A stretch of 64,000 bases of DNA from NCBI GenBank assembly GCA_964016885.1, contig OZ024742.1, positions 13,082,001-13,146,000 on the forward strand, in the 5' to 3' direction. Shown in pieces: positions 48,291-57,694 of the stretch (the first letter of the stretch is position 1; each line of letters begins with the position of its first letter). The position numbers and the translations under genes were made by a program. Under the pieces are notes generated by a model. It searched no databases. It was not told the origin of the DNA and worked only from the letters and a program-made list of their open reading frames with translations. The DNA is from Eledone cirrhosa (taxonomy: Eukaryota).

Positions 48291-49149
48291 TACACAACCC
48301 AGGAATCAAACCCACGATATTATGATCGTAAGTCGAACACCCTTACCACTAGGCCACACAACACCTCCACAACACACAACCCAGGAATCAAACCCCCGAT
48401 ATTATCATTGTAAGTCGAACACCCTTACCACTAGGCCACACCACACCTCCACAACACAACACAACCCAGGAATCAAACCCACGATATTATGATCGTATGT
48501 CGAACACCCTTACCACTAGGTCACACCACACCTCCACAACACACAACCCAGGAATCAAACCCACGATATTATGATCGTAAGTCCAACACCCTTACCACTA
48601 GGTCACACCACACCTCCACAACACACAACCCAGGAATCAAACCCACGATATTATGATCGTAAGTCCAACACCCTTACCACTAGGTCACACCACACCTCCA
48701 CAACACACAACCCAGGAATCAAACCCACGATATTATGATCGTACGTCCAACACCCTTACCACTAGGTCACACCACACCTCCACAACACACAACCTAGGAA
48801 TCAAACCCACGATATTATGATCGTACGTCCAACACCCTTACCACTAGGTCACACCACACCTCCCCAACACACAACCTAGGAATCAAACCCACGATATTAT
48901 GATCGTAAGTCCAACACCCTTACCATGCGTTTCCAACATTTGAATCTCCGAGTGAAATATAACCAATGCTACTGTCCCGATAGAATCGAGTAAGGGAGGT
49001 ATCGGTGGTTCACTTCAGCTGGTGGCCCACTCTCCCAATACGAGCAAGTAGGGAGGTGGTTTGGAACCCCACAACGCCAGAAATCTCCACTTTCATTACA
49101 ATTCAATGAACAATAAACCTATGAGAAAGTGGTCGGTTCTTTCAAACTA

Positions 49150-50490
49150 TTCAAAGTATTTTCTCTTTTGTCTTTTAATTCCCGATATTTGTGGAGGAGT
49201 ATTCTTACTGAAACATAATTCTAACTTTGATCATTCTGGTTACTTTTAGTTTTATTAACATCTCTTATCTTCTTGTATAAGATGAAGCAGTGTTGTTATT
49301 TTTACCCATTTTATTTTATATCTTTCTCTACATAAAGTCTATTACCATTTTTGTCTTTGATAAAATCATTTCTTGGTAGGTGTTTTTTTATATATATATA
49401 TATTAGCTTCAATTCTTTGTAACGATCTTTAATAGTGTTGAAGTTTCTAGTTTTTATTCAGTCTCATCACATATTTTCTTCGTATTTCTTTTCTGATTGT
49501 TGTCGTTTTTTTTTCCTTCTTGGTTTGAATTTCATGGGTCAGTTGTTGATGTCGTTCTATAGATTCCAATGATGTCATACCACTGTTGTTTTACAGAACC
49601 TATTTTTTATTCCAGTTACATCTAATGTTTCGTTATTCACCTCAATCATTTCTCATTCCTATTCTTTGCTGGTATTTTTCTGCTACTTTACCAAACATCA
49701 TTTTATCTATAATCCACTTTTTTCCTGGTTGTCTTTCTTCTTTACAATGATCAAATGATCAAATCTATATCCATTTGGAACGTTTGCAAGATAATATCTT
49801 TTAGGTGTTTTAATCTTCATTGTTGATATTAAGAAGCAATTAAAATTCTAGAAATAATAACTGATGTCCAGAGATGCAGTCAGCACGTGGATATAATCTA
49901 ACATCTTAACACGACTTTTCCGTCACAATTGGACTATAAAGGAGTTTATTTCATTATGATTATTGCGATCTAGTGGAATAAATCCAAGTGTAAAGTCATC
50001 TATAATGATAGTTAAACCATATATCAGAAATACCAAATTTCTTTGATTCACAGAATTCAACTAAACGCTTTCCTTGATCATTCCTAATATCTAGATTGAC
50101 ATTACTCTCGGCCACTGATTCCTGGTTAGTTTTGCCATCAGGGCATTTGCATCTTCACTCAGAATCAAACATCTTTAGAAGACGATCGATTTCTTCTTGA
50201 AGTACATTATAAAATCGATTTAATTCATTTGCGACAATATTTCAAGAATCTTACTATGTAGCTACGGTTTAAATCCTTGTGTGATCATTACTTACTTTGT
50301 ATTTAAACAAGATTTTAGTGACAAGATAACACCAAAATCATTGCGATGCCTACCTTTGCTTCTCTACAGTATTATCATTTTATCTCACCTGACTTAAATT
50401 AGCCATTTCCTCTCTATGTGTTTCTCAAAGACAATATCTTTACATATTAGTTGCACATTACCAACTTGACATTTAATGTGCCAACTTTTA
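49150..50490 (-). pseudogene. Highly decayed RTE-clade LINE: AP-endonuclease domain and linker (not in the ORF track)
   Basis: Manual minus-strand translation across stops and frameshifts gives, in order, VGTLNVK (~IGTWNVR), DFYNVLQEEID, DANA (~GDFNA), NDQGKRLVEFCESKKFGISDIWF (~50014-50082), LYTW and YPRADCISGHQLL (~PGADC.SDH.LL, ~49855-49893). The downstream boundary is approximate. Confidence 0.65.
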
Positions 50491-50755
50491 TTTCATCAAA
50501 AACAAGATGCTCACCACTTTTCAGCTTTTCTAACATTTCTGCTGCCTCATCAGTTATTACCAACAGATTCACACTATTTCTTGGTTTCTAAGAACCAACT
50601 CCATCGCCAGTAGTTACAACGCAGTTAGATCTCACCCTGATTCTCATATTAAGATGAATACCATGTTGAAATTTGTTAGAGATTCTTTAGAAGGTTCCCC
50701 CACATTCGTATACCTTTGTGGTAGGGATGGTGATGATCTATATATCATTATTACT

Positions 50756-50942
50756 TGGATTGGCACTATCGGTAGAGGGTCGGACGCCATGCTTTGACGT
50801 ATAGATGTACAGCCCTTGCCATTCTGAATTCAAATCCCGCCGAGGTTAACTTTGCCTTTCATCCTTACAGGGTCGATGAAATAAAGTACCAGTAATGCAC
50901 TGGTTCATTGCTGGCCTTGTGCCAAGCGTAGAAACAATTATT
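50756..50942 (+). mobile_element. tRNA-derived SINE (family A), copy 1
   Basis: A-box-like tggcactatcgg, B-box-like gaattcaaatcc, core gcctttcatccttacagggtcgatgaaataaagtaccag, tail tagaaacaattatt. Flanked by direct repeat attattactt (50747-50756 and 50937-50946). Confidence 0.85.
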
Positions 50943-50945
50943 ACT

Positions 50946-51133
50946 TACATTTGTATTATATCCTTTAAACTTTAATTTCTGTACATGATACTGTCCTTAA
51001 ACCGAACCCTCTAGTAGTATACATATACACACTGCCAGACAGCAAAAAATATTATAATTATTTATATTTGTATTCTATCCTTTAAATTTCAACTTCTAAA
51101 CCTGACACTGATCTTAAACCAAACCTTCTAATA
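50946..51133. repeat. Diverged ~70-bp direct repeat, period ~118 bp
   Basis: atttgtattatatcctttaaa...cttaaaccgaaccctcta versus atttgtattctatcctttaaa...cttaaaccaaaccttcta. Confidence 0.6.
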
Positions 51134-51136
51134 CCA

Positions 51137-51310
<174 letters not shown>

Positions 51311-52614
51311 ATATACTGTATGTACTGCCAGGCAGTAAAACAGTCGCTCCTTTATAAACAGATACCTCGTTATATTTCCTTTCTCACGGAAGCTATCCCG
51401 TTAACAAAAGCAACCAAAAAAACAAATCCCCTGTGTCCCTGAAAGCCGTGTAAGAGTCGGAAAACAACGATTATATAAGAAAGATACCCTATCCTTTCTA
51501 AAATCGCAGCCCAAACTACCAGGAGCTTTTAATGGTTTATGTTGTCCCATAAATCAGAGATTTAGACAGGCAGTTACAATTGACATCCAGTACTGTTAAA
51601 TTGTGTGGTGTGTTTTTTTTATTAGTTTTAAATGAATTATCTTTCTTTTCATCCTAGACTAAAGAATGATATCTACGTTCAGTTGGATAGGGTGGTGAGG
51701 GTCCTCATCTCATGCAAAGATATTTGGCTATACTAAGAGGAAAGTGTCACTATCCAAAGTGTGTCAACAGAACAAACAGTGTGTCTTACATTACACATAT
51801 AAGAAGGACTAAGTCATTGCTTGTTTAACTGTTATCACTTCCATATTGATACACCCCTCGCAGGGACATTGGTCCCCAAGGCTTCAAGGAAGACTGCAGA
51901 ACGTCAGCTTTTTCCGGTATAAGCTGTCCCAAGAGTTCCTAAACAATAGCGCCGATACATAATGCGAGAATAATGAGTTTAATACGAAACGGAAATATCA
52001 GGGGAACAAATTGGTTATTGAAGGGAATGGAAAGGGAAAAGGAATGGATTAATATATGGTGGACCAAACTTGAATTGAGTGGATTCTTGGCAAGGAAAAG
52101 GAAAAACATAGATATGTGCTTACACTTGTTTCTGCTCACAGCGAGGTATATAATTTTTAAAACTGTAGTTTTATCTGTATTACTTTTATTTTAAATCTTC
52201 TAATATACGATATGCTGAGCAAGAATCTTACTTTTTTATGTTGCCAAATGAATATACGTTATGCAAATTAGTTTGGCCATTTTAATTAAACTCTGCTCTG
52301 ACATAAACAGCGGTTGCTCTAAGTTCTCTCTAAGTAATTGTCTTCTGATCAACGGACAATAATCTGTGGTATACGTGATAACAATACCGTGTTTGTATTT
52401 TCCCTGTACTCTGAGAGAATAGCAACAAAATTGCTTAAACATGGATAGTGTAACAGCGGAACCTATAATTTAAAAACTATAGTTTATGCATTAGTTTATC
52501 TTAGGTCTAATATACAGTGTATTTTACATAAATATTTATTATTCAATGTATAACACACACTAACACATGTGTGTGTTTTTTATGTGTGTGTGTGTGTGTA
52601 AGTAGATAGTGAAA

Positions 52615-52659
52615 CATAGATAGGTAGATAGATAGATATCTTTATTTAGATAGATAGAC

Positions 52660-52714
<55 letters not shown>

Positions 52715-52720
52715 TAGATC

Positions 52721-52784
<64 letters not shown>
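52615..52784. repeat. (GATA)n/(GACA)n microsatellite
   Basis: Seen directly. Confidence 0.95.
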
Positions 52785-52785
<1 letters not shown>

Positions 52786-53203
52786 AATCCGAACACATAA
52801 ATATTATATAGAATGAATAGATTTTTATAGCTAGGTAGATGTGGAAACAGCGAGATTATAATGGAACACCCAGTCCAATGAAACATATTTTATGACAAAA
52901 ATAATAAATAGAGAACTAAAGCAATGAAAATATATCAATAATTGTTGTTGTTTTTAATGTACTCTTTACAGAAACACTAAATAGATAGAAAAAAAAACAA
53001 CTACAAAATGACTTCTAAGATCAAATACACATACTATCTCGTTTATAACCAATAAAGAAACAGCGTAGAAATAGAGCTTGCAAAAATCATTTAATCCTCC
53101 GTTACATTGCAATATAGAAAGTATATAGAACATGAAACTATCACCAGATAGTGATTAAATTGGTAAACTTTCGCAATATTATTATAGTTTATTACTTTAC
53201 CGT

Positions 53204-53388
53204 TGGATTGGCAGTATCGGTAGAGCGTCGGACGCCATGCTTTCCAGCATAGTTACGTCCCTTTACGATCTGAGTTCATATCCCGCCGAGGTTGATTTTG
53301 CCTTTCATCCTTATGGGGTCGATAAAATAAAGTACCAGTAATGCACTGGGTAATTGCTGGCCTTGTGCCTAAAGTAGAAACAATTATT
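53204..53388 (+). mobile_element. SINE family A, copy 2
   Basis: tggattggcagtatcggtagagcgtcggac ... gagttcatatccc ... gcctttcatccttatggggtcgataaaataaagtaccag ... agtagaaacaattatt. Confidence 0.85.
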
Positions 53389-53394
53389 TTACCG

Positions 53395-53605
53395 TTGGAT
53401 TGGCAGTATCGGTAGAGCGTCGGACATGTTCTGCGGCATAGAATTGTAGACCTTTACGTTCTGAGTTCAAATCCCCCAGAGGTTAGCTTAACCTCATCCT
53501 TGCGGAGTAGATGAATTAAAGTACCAGTAAAGCACTGAGGTCGATTTAATCGACTTTCCCCTCCCCTAAAAACGTTGGCCGTGTGCCTAAATCAGGAATC
53601 ATTAT
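53395..53605 (+). mobile_element. SINE family A, copy 3 (long form)
   Basis: Same head and core, B box gagttcaaatcc. Retains the ggtcgatttaatcgactttcccctcccc segment. Directly tandem to copy 2. Confidence 0.8.
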
Positions 53606-53616
53606 AAATATCAAAA

Positions 53617-53798
53617 GGTGATGGGTTGGCTGTATCGGTAGAGCGTCGGACAACATGCTCTGTTGCATAGAGTTACAGCCCTTTACGGTCTGAGTTCAAA
53701 TCACGCTGAAGTTAGTTTTACCTTTGATCCTTACGGGGTCGATAAAATAAAGTACCAGTAATGCAGTGGGTCGATCTAATCGACTTTCTCCTCACCCC
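53617..53798 (+). mobile_element. SINE family A, copy 4 (long form, 3'-truncated)
   Basis: ggtgatgggttggctgtatcggtagagcgtcggac ... gagttcaaatc ... ggggtcgataaaataaagtaccag ... tcgatctaatcgactt. Confidence 0.8.
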
Positions 53799-54285
53799 AT
53801 TATTAGTACTAGCAGAAAAACCACACTTAGGGTGGTTTTCTGCTAGCATGTGTAGTGTGCATATTGATATTATACGCAAATATACATGCATGTAGATATA
53901 CGTCAAATAAAATCGTAATTGGCAATATGCACAGAAATTGAAGAGAGACTGTGTTACACTGTTTTATGTAATCAGTAAAGTAATCCATGATACATTTTTA
54001 AAAAGACGATATTATATATAAACTGCATTACGGTGAAATGTAATGAAAACGAAAAAGGAGAAAATTAGCGACGGAAATATAAACCTTATGATATAACGAT
54101 GAAAATATATGAACATTTATATAAGTGATATGATATATTGTCCGCTATATCATAACCGGAAGTGTTGACATTTGAAAATGTTAAAAGAAGTGAATCTTAA
54201 AATAAGCAATCGTTATATATAAAAATATTCATGTTTAATCAACAGTTACGAAATTCAGTACATAAATTATGTAATATTCATTCAT

Positions 54286-54474
54286 TGGTGGATTGGCAGT
54301 ATCGGTAGAGGGTCGGACGCCATGCTTTGGCGCATAGAGTTACGGCCCTTGCCATTCTGAGTTCAAATCCCGCCGAGGTTAACTTTGCCTTTCATCCTTA
54401 CGGGGTCGATAAAATAAAGTACCAGTAGTACACTGGTAATTGCTGGCCTTGTGCCAAAAGTAGAAACAATTATT
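54286..54474 (+). mobile_element. SINE family A, copy 5
   Basis: Near-identical to copies 1 and 2, with B box gagttcaaatccc. Confidence 0.85.
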
Positions 54475-54564
54475 TATTCAAAGTATTCTAACCTATTTTA
54501 CTAACGGGATAAAAAAAATATATTCAGGACACAGTCCCGCACTCCCCCCTTTATTATATTATGA

Positions 54565-55028
54565 TAATAACAGAACTTACAAATATCTTACTAAACGTAT
54601 AGCTGATCTTAATATCGTTCTTCCTAGATTTAAGATGATTATTATTTATCTACAACTGAAAAGTAATTAAGTTTAAATAATTTCTAAAAATATACGAACG
54701 GATATTTAGGATGTGTTGGATTAAATGGTAAGATGTTTCTTGATCTAGTTTTATTCTTGGAGACATTAGTCTGATATATGTAATGGATTTTATCTGTAAA
54801 GAAATTACTTTGAACTACTCCCTTAATAAAGAAAACTATTCAACCCCCACAGAAAGTTAAAAATGATATATGATTACATAGCTGGGTATAAGTTGTTACT
54901 GTAGGGTGTTGATTCGAATTCTTATTTGCATCAAAATAATCTTTCACTTGGTTTTCGATGAAGGGTAGCATAATCTTTCTCTAAACTGGAAGTAGATTTT
55001 AGTAAGATATTTGTAAGTTCTGTCATTA
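54565..55028. mobile_element. Possible MITE / non-autonomous TIR element, ~460 bp
   Basis: Perfect 26-bp inverted repeat acagaacttacaaatatcttactaaa (54570-54595) / tttagtaagatatttgtaagttctgt (54998-55023), extendable with one mismatch. AT-rich non-coding interior. No clear TSD. Confidence 0.45.
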
Positions 55029-55039
55029 TACTAATAATG

Positions 55040-55173
55040 AGGGGAGGAGAAAGTCGATTATATCGACCCCAGTGCGTTACTGGTACTATATTTTATCGAC
55101 CCCGTAAGAATGAAAGGCAAAGCTAACCTCGACGTGATTTGAACTCAGAACATAGAGGGACGTAACTCTATGT
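55040..55173 (-). mobile_element. SINE family A, copy 6 (long form, head missing)
   Basis: Reverse complement of the core: ggggaggagaaagtcgattatatcgaccccagtgcgttactggtac...tttgaactcagaac. Confidence 0.8.
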
Positions 55174-55178
55174 GTCAT

Positions 55179-55364
55179 TGTGGATTGGCAGTATCGGTAC
55201 AGTGTCGGACGCCCTGCTTTGACGCATAGTTACGGCCCTTACCATTCTGAGTTCAAATCCCGCTGAGGTTAACTCTACCTTTCATCCTTACGGGGTCGAT
55301 AAAATAAAGTACCAGTAATGTACTGGATAATTACTGGCCTTGTGTCGAAAGTAGAAACAATTAT
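55179..55364 (+). mobile_element. SINE family A, copy 7
   Basis: Head, B box gagttcaaatcc, core and tail present. Confidence 0.85.
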
Positions 55365-55367
55365 ATA

Positions 55368-55560
55368 ATAATTGTTTCTACTTTTAGCACAAGGCCAGCA
55401 ATTATCTCAGTGTATTACTGGTACTTTATTTTATCGACCCCGTAAGGATGAAAGGTAGAGTTAACCTCAGTGGAATTTGAACTCAGACCATAAAGGGCCG
55501 TAACACTTTGTTACAAAGCATGGCGTCCGACCCTCTACCGATACTGCCAATTCACCGCCC
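55368..55560 (-). mobile_element. SINE family A, copy 8
   Basis: Full-length reverse copy beginning GGGCGGTGAATTGGCAGTATCGG. Tail-to-tail with copy 7. Confidence 0.85.
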
Positions 55561-55573
55561 TTGTCATTATATA

Positions 55574-55761
55574 ATAATTGTTTCTACTTTTGGCACAAGG
55601 CCAGTAAATTACCCAGTACATTACTGGTACTTTATTTTATCGACCTCGTAAGGATGAAAGGCAAAGTTAACCTCGGCGGAATTTGAACTCAGATCGTAAA
55701 GGGATGTAACTATGCTGGAAAGCATGTCCGACCCTCTACCGATACTGCCAATTTGCCGGCC
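55574..55761 (-). mobile_element. SINE family A, copy 9
   Basis: Reverse copy, tandem with copy 8. Confidence 0.85.
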
Positions 55762-56378
55762 TGTCATTATATAATAATAAAATCTGTCCTATTTGTAACT
55801 GATACATTCCTAAAAATTAACCCTTAACAGCAATTGATTTTCGCATCTTATTGTATTATTGTTTACTGTCAACCTCACAATCTTTAAATCTTATATTGGA
55901 TTGAATTAAATATTTTAAACGTGAAGCCATTCACATATTCATAAACATTAACAAATCTGAAAAAAAAAGACACGACACAGGTTTAACTCAATATATTTCG
56001 TATTTCAGTGAGACAGGCTTTTAAGATTCTGTGAACAATTTTAAATCTAGCCTATTCTTACAAACATAGTAACTTCCATCCGTTTTAGTGCTGTCAACTT
56101 TGTTAAAATGAGAAAATGGCAATTAAAGACAATAGAGGTTTGGATAAATGGTGAGAAAAGCTCAGCTTTTGCTTGCACTTTGCCAACTTATTGCATCATA
56201 ATTTCATCTCACCAAGCAGATAATTGTCGAAGAGATGTTGTGATTACAGTATTTTACATTTGATTTTCGGTGTATCTTAATCGTTACAAAGTCGCTTTCC
56301 AGCTATTGCATTCTAATCTTCATATTATATATTTTATATTTCTCTGCATACATTGTTATTTCTACGTCTGTTTGTAAT

Positions 56379-56577
56379 GGTGGTGGATTGATAGAGATAA
56401 CATAGTGTTGCTTTGTAATATATATTATGGTACCTTTACATTCTGAGCTCAAATCCTGCCGAGGTCAAAGTTGCCTTTCATCCTTCCAGGGTTAATAGAA
56501 TAAAATACCAATAAAATACTGGAGGCCATTTAAACAATTTTCCCCTTCCCCTAGAAAATGCTGACCATGTGCCTGAA
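56379..56577 (+). mobile_element. SINE family A, older diverged copy 10
   Basis: ctgagctcaaatcctgccgaggtcaaagttgcctttcatccttccagggttaatagaataaaatacc. Confidence 0.7.
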
Positions 56578-56622
56578 GTGTGAAGGCGCGTGGCTTAGTG
56601 GTTAGAGCATCGGATTCACAAT
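56578..56622 (+). mobile_element. Truncated tRNA-derived SINE head (family B), homologous to the satellite monomer
   Basis: gtgtgaaggcgcgtggcttagtggttagagcatcggattcacaat has A box TGGCTTAGTGG and aligns to the satellite minus strand tgtggaggtgtggtgtggcctagtggtaagggtgttggacttacgat. Confidence 0.6.
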
Positions 56623-56631
56623 AAAAAAAAA

Positions 56632-56652
<21 letters not shown>

Positions 56653-56662
<10 letters not shown>

Positions 56663-56866
56663 GAGTAGCTTTCACCGTATTTTTTACTAAAGAAATTTTA
56701 GCCTCATAATGGGGTTTAAAACCCTCAGATAAATGGAAAAAGATGAGTATTGACGTACATGGGAGTCAATACTCATCTTTTCCCATTTATTTGAGGGTTC
56801 TAGACCCCATTATCAGGCTAAAATTACTTTAGTCAAAAATACGGTGAAAGCTGTTCTATTTTCTAA
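56653..56866. repeat. Long imperfect inverted repeat (102-bp arms, 10-nt loop)
   Basis: Arms 56653-56754 and 56765-56866, loop gtacatggga. Confidence 0.9.
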
Positions 56867-56904
56867 TTTCAAACCTGTTCACTGTTTCAAAACATACTTA
56901 CTTG

Positions 56905-56938
<34 letters not shown>

Positions 56939-57156
56939 CGTTTCTGAATTTGTTTAGCAAGATTCTTTAAATTTATTATAAATTTATTATAATAAATTGA
57001 AGTGAAAGCAACTGGTGCGTGTGTTTCTTATTGGCAACATGACCCTCCCAAAGTATAACAATATATATATATATATATAACGAAGGAAATGTGGTAAGGA
57101 ACCAGGTGGACCATAACGCACCAAAGTACTCAATACTTAGGGTAGTAGAGTGGGTA

Positions 57157-57279
57157 ATAGGAACGAGTAGGACCCCGACGGCTGAGCTCAAGCCGTTTCG
57201 ACAACTAATTCTGGACTAAATTTAGTCCAGAATTAGCCGTCGAAACGGCTTGAGCTCAGCCGTCGGGGTCCTACTCGTT

Positions 57280-57284
<5 letters not shown>
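57157..57284. repeat. 128-bp near-perfect palindrome with no spacer
   Basis: Centre at 57220/57221 (ggactaaa|tttagtcc). Only two mismatched pairs (aa versus cc). Confidence 0.95.
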
Positions 57285-57315
<31 letters not shown>

Positions 57316-57694
57316 AATAACAGGAGGCTGGTAATTCCTTAAAAGGTTTATTATACTATGATCATAACTAAATATATATACAGTATATATATATTCATTA
57401 TGTTGAGAATGAACAATCAGTCTTGTTGCTTTTCGACTGTTTAACACCGGGTCACCAGACAAGGATTCTGTTCTTGTCTGATATCCCTGTGATAAAATGA
57501 ATATTAAAACTCTACTTCGGTATTGAGTACTCCTCTCTCTCAGTCGTCAACCACATACAGATAATCAAATATATAACTACTTTCCATCAACGCACAATTT
57601 CAAACTCAAACACACACATATATACGTAACATATACTTACACCGACACACAGACATATGTATATATATATATATATATACATATGTGCGTGGTT

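Larger units (their letters stand above)
1..48925 (-). repeat. Tandem satellite array, ~82-bp monomer (variants ~55, 80, 85, 86 bp), derived from a tRNA-like/SINE 5' head; continues beyond the left edge
   Basis: Plus-strand consensus aacccaggaatcaaacccacgatattatgatcgtaagtccaacacccttaccactaggccacaccacacctccacaacacac repeats without interruption. It ends abruptly at ...acccttacca|tgcgtttcc (48925). The reverse complement carries Pol III A and B boxes at tRNA spacing. Confidence 0.97.

Noticed and set aside
1-48925. CRISPR array
   Set aside because: No unique spacers (the whole unit repeats), no cas genes, and a eukaryotic context.
1-48925. Functional tRNA gene cluster (apparent anticodon TAC, Val)
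   Set aside because: No acceptor stem, two mismatches in the anticodon stem, imperfect T stem and TTC>TTT in the T loop. It is tRNA-derived but not a tRNA gene.
1-48925. Hammerhead ribozyme within the satellite, as in newt or schistosome satellites
   Set aside because: No CUGANGA core on either strand of the monomer.
50500-50560. Minus-strand CTGATGA followed by GAAA
   Set aside because: No convincing stem I, II or III pairing.
57405-57460. Minus-strand CTGGTGA...GTCGAAA as a degenerate hammerhead
   Set aside because: Core mismatch and imperfect stems II and III. At most a decayed remnant.
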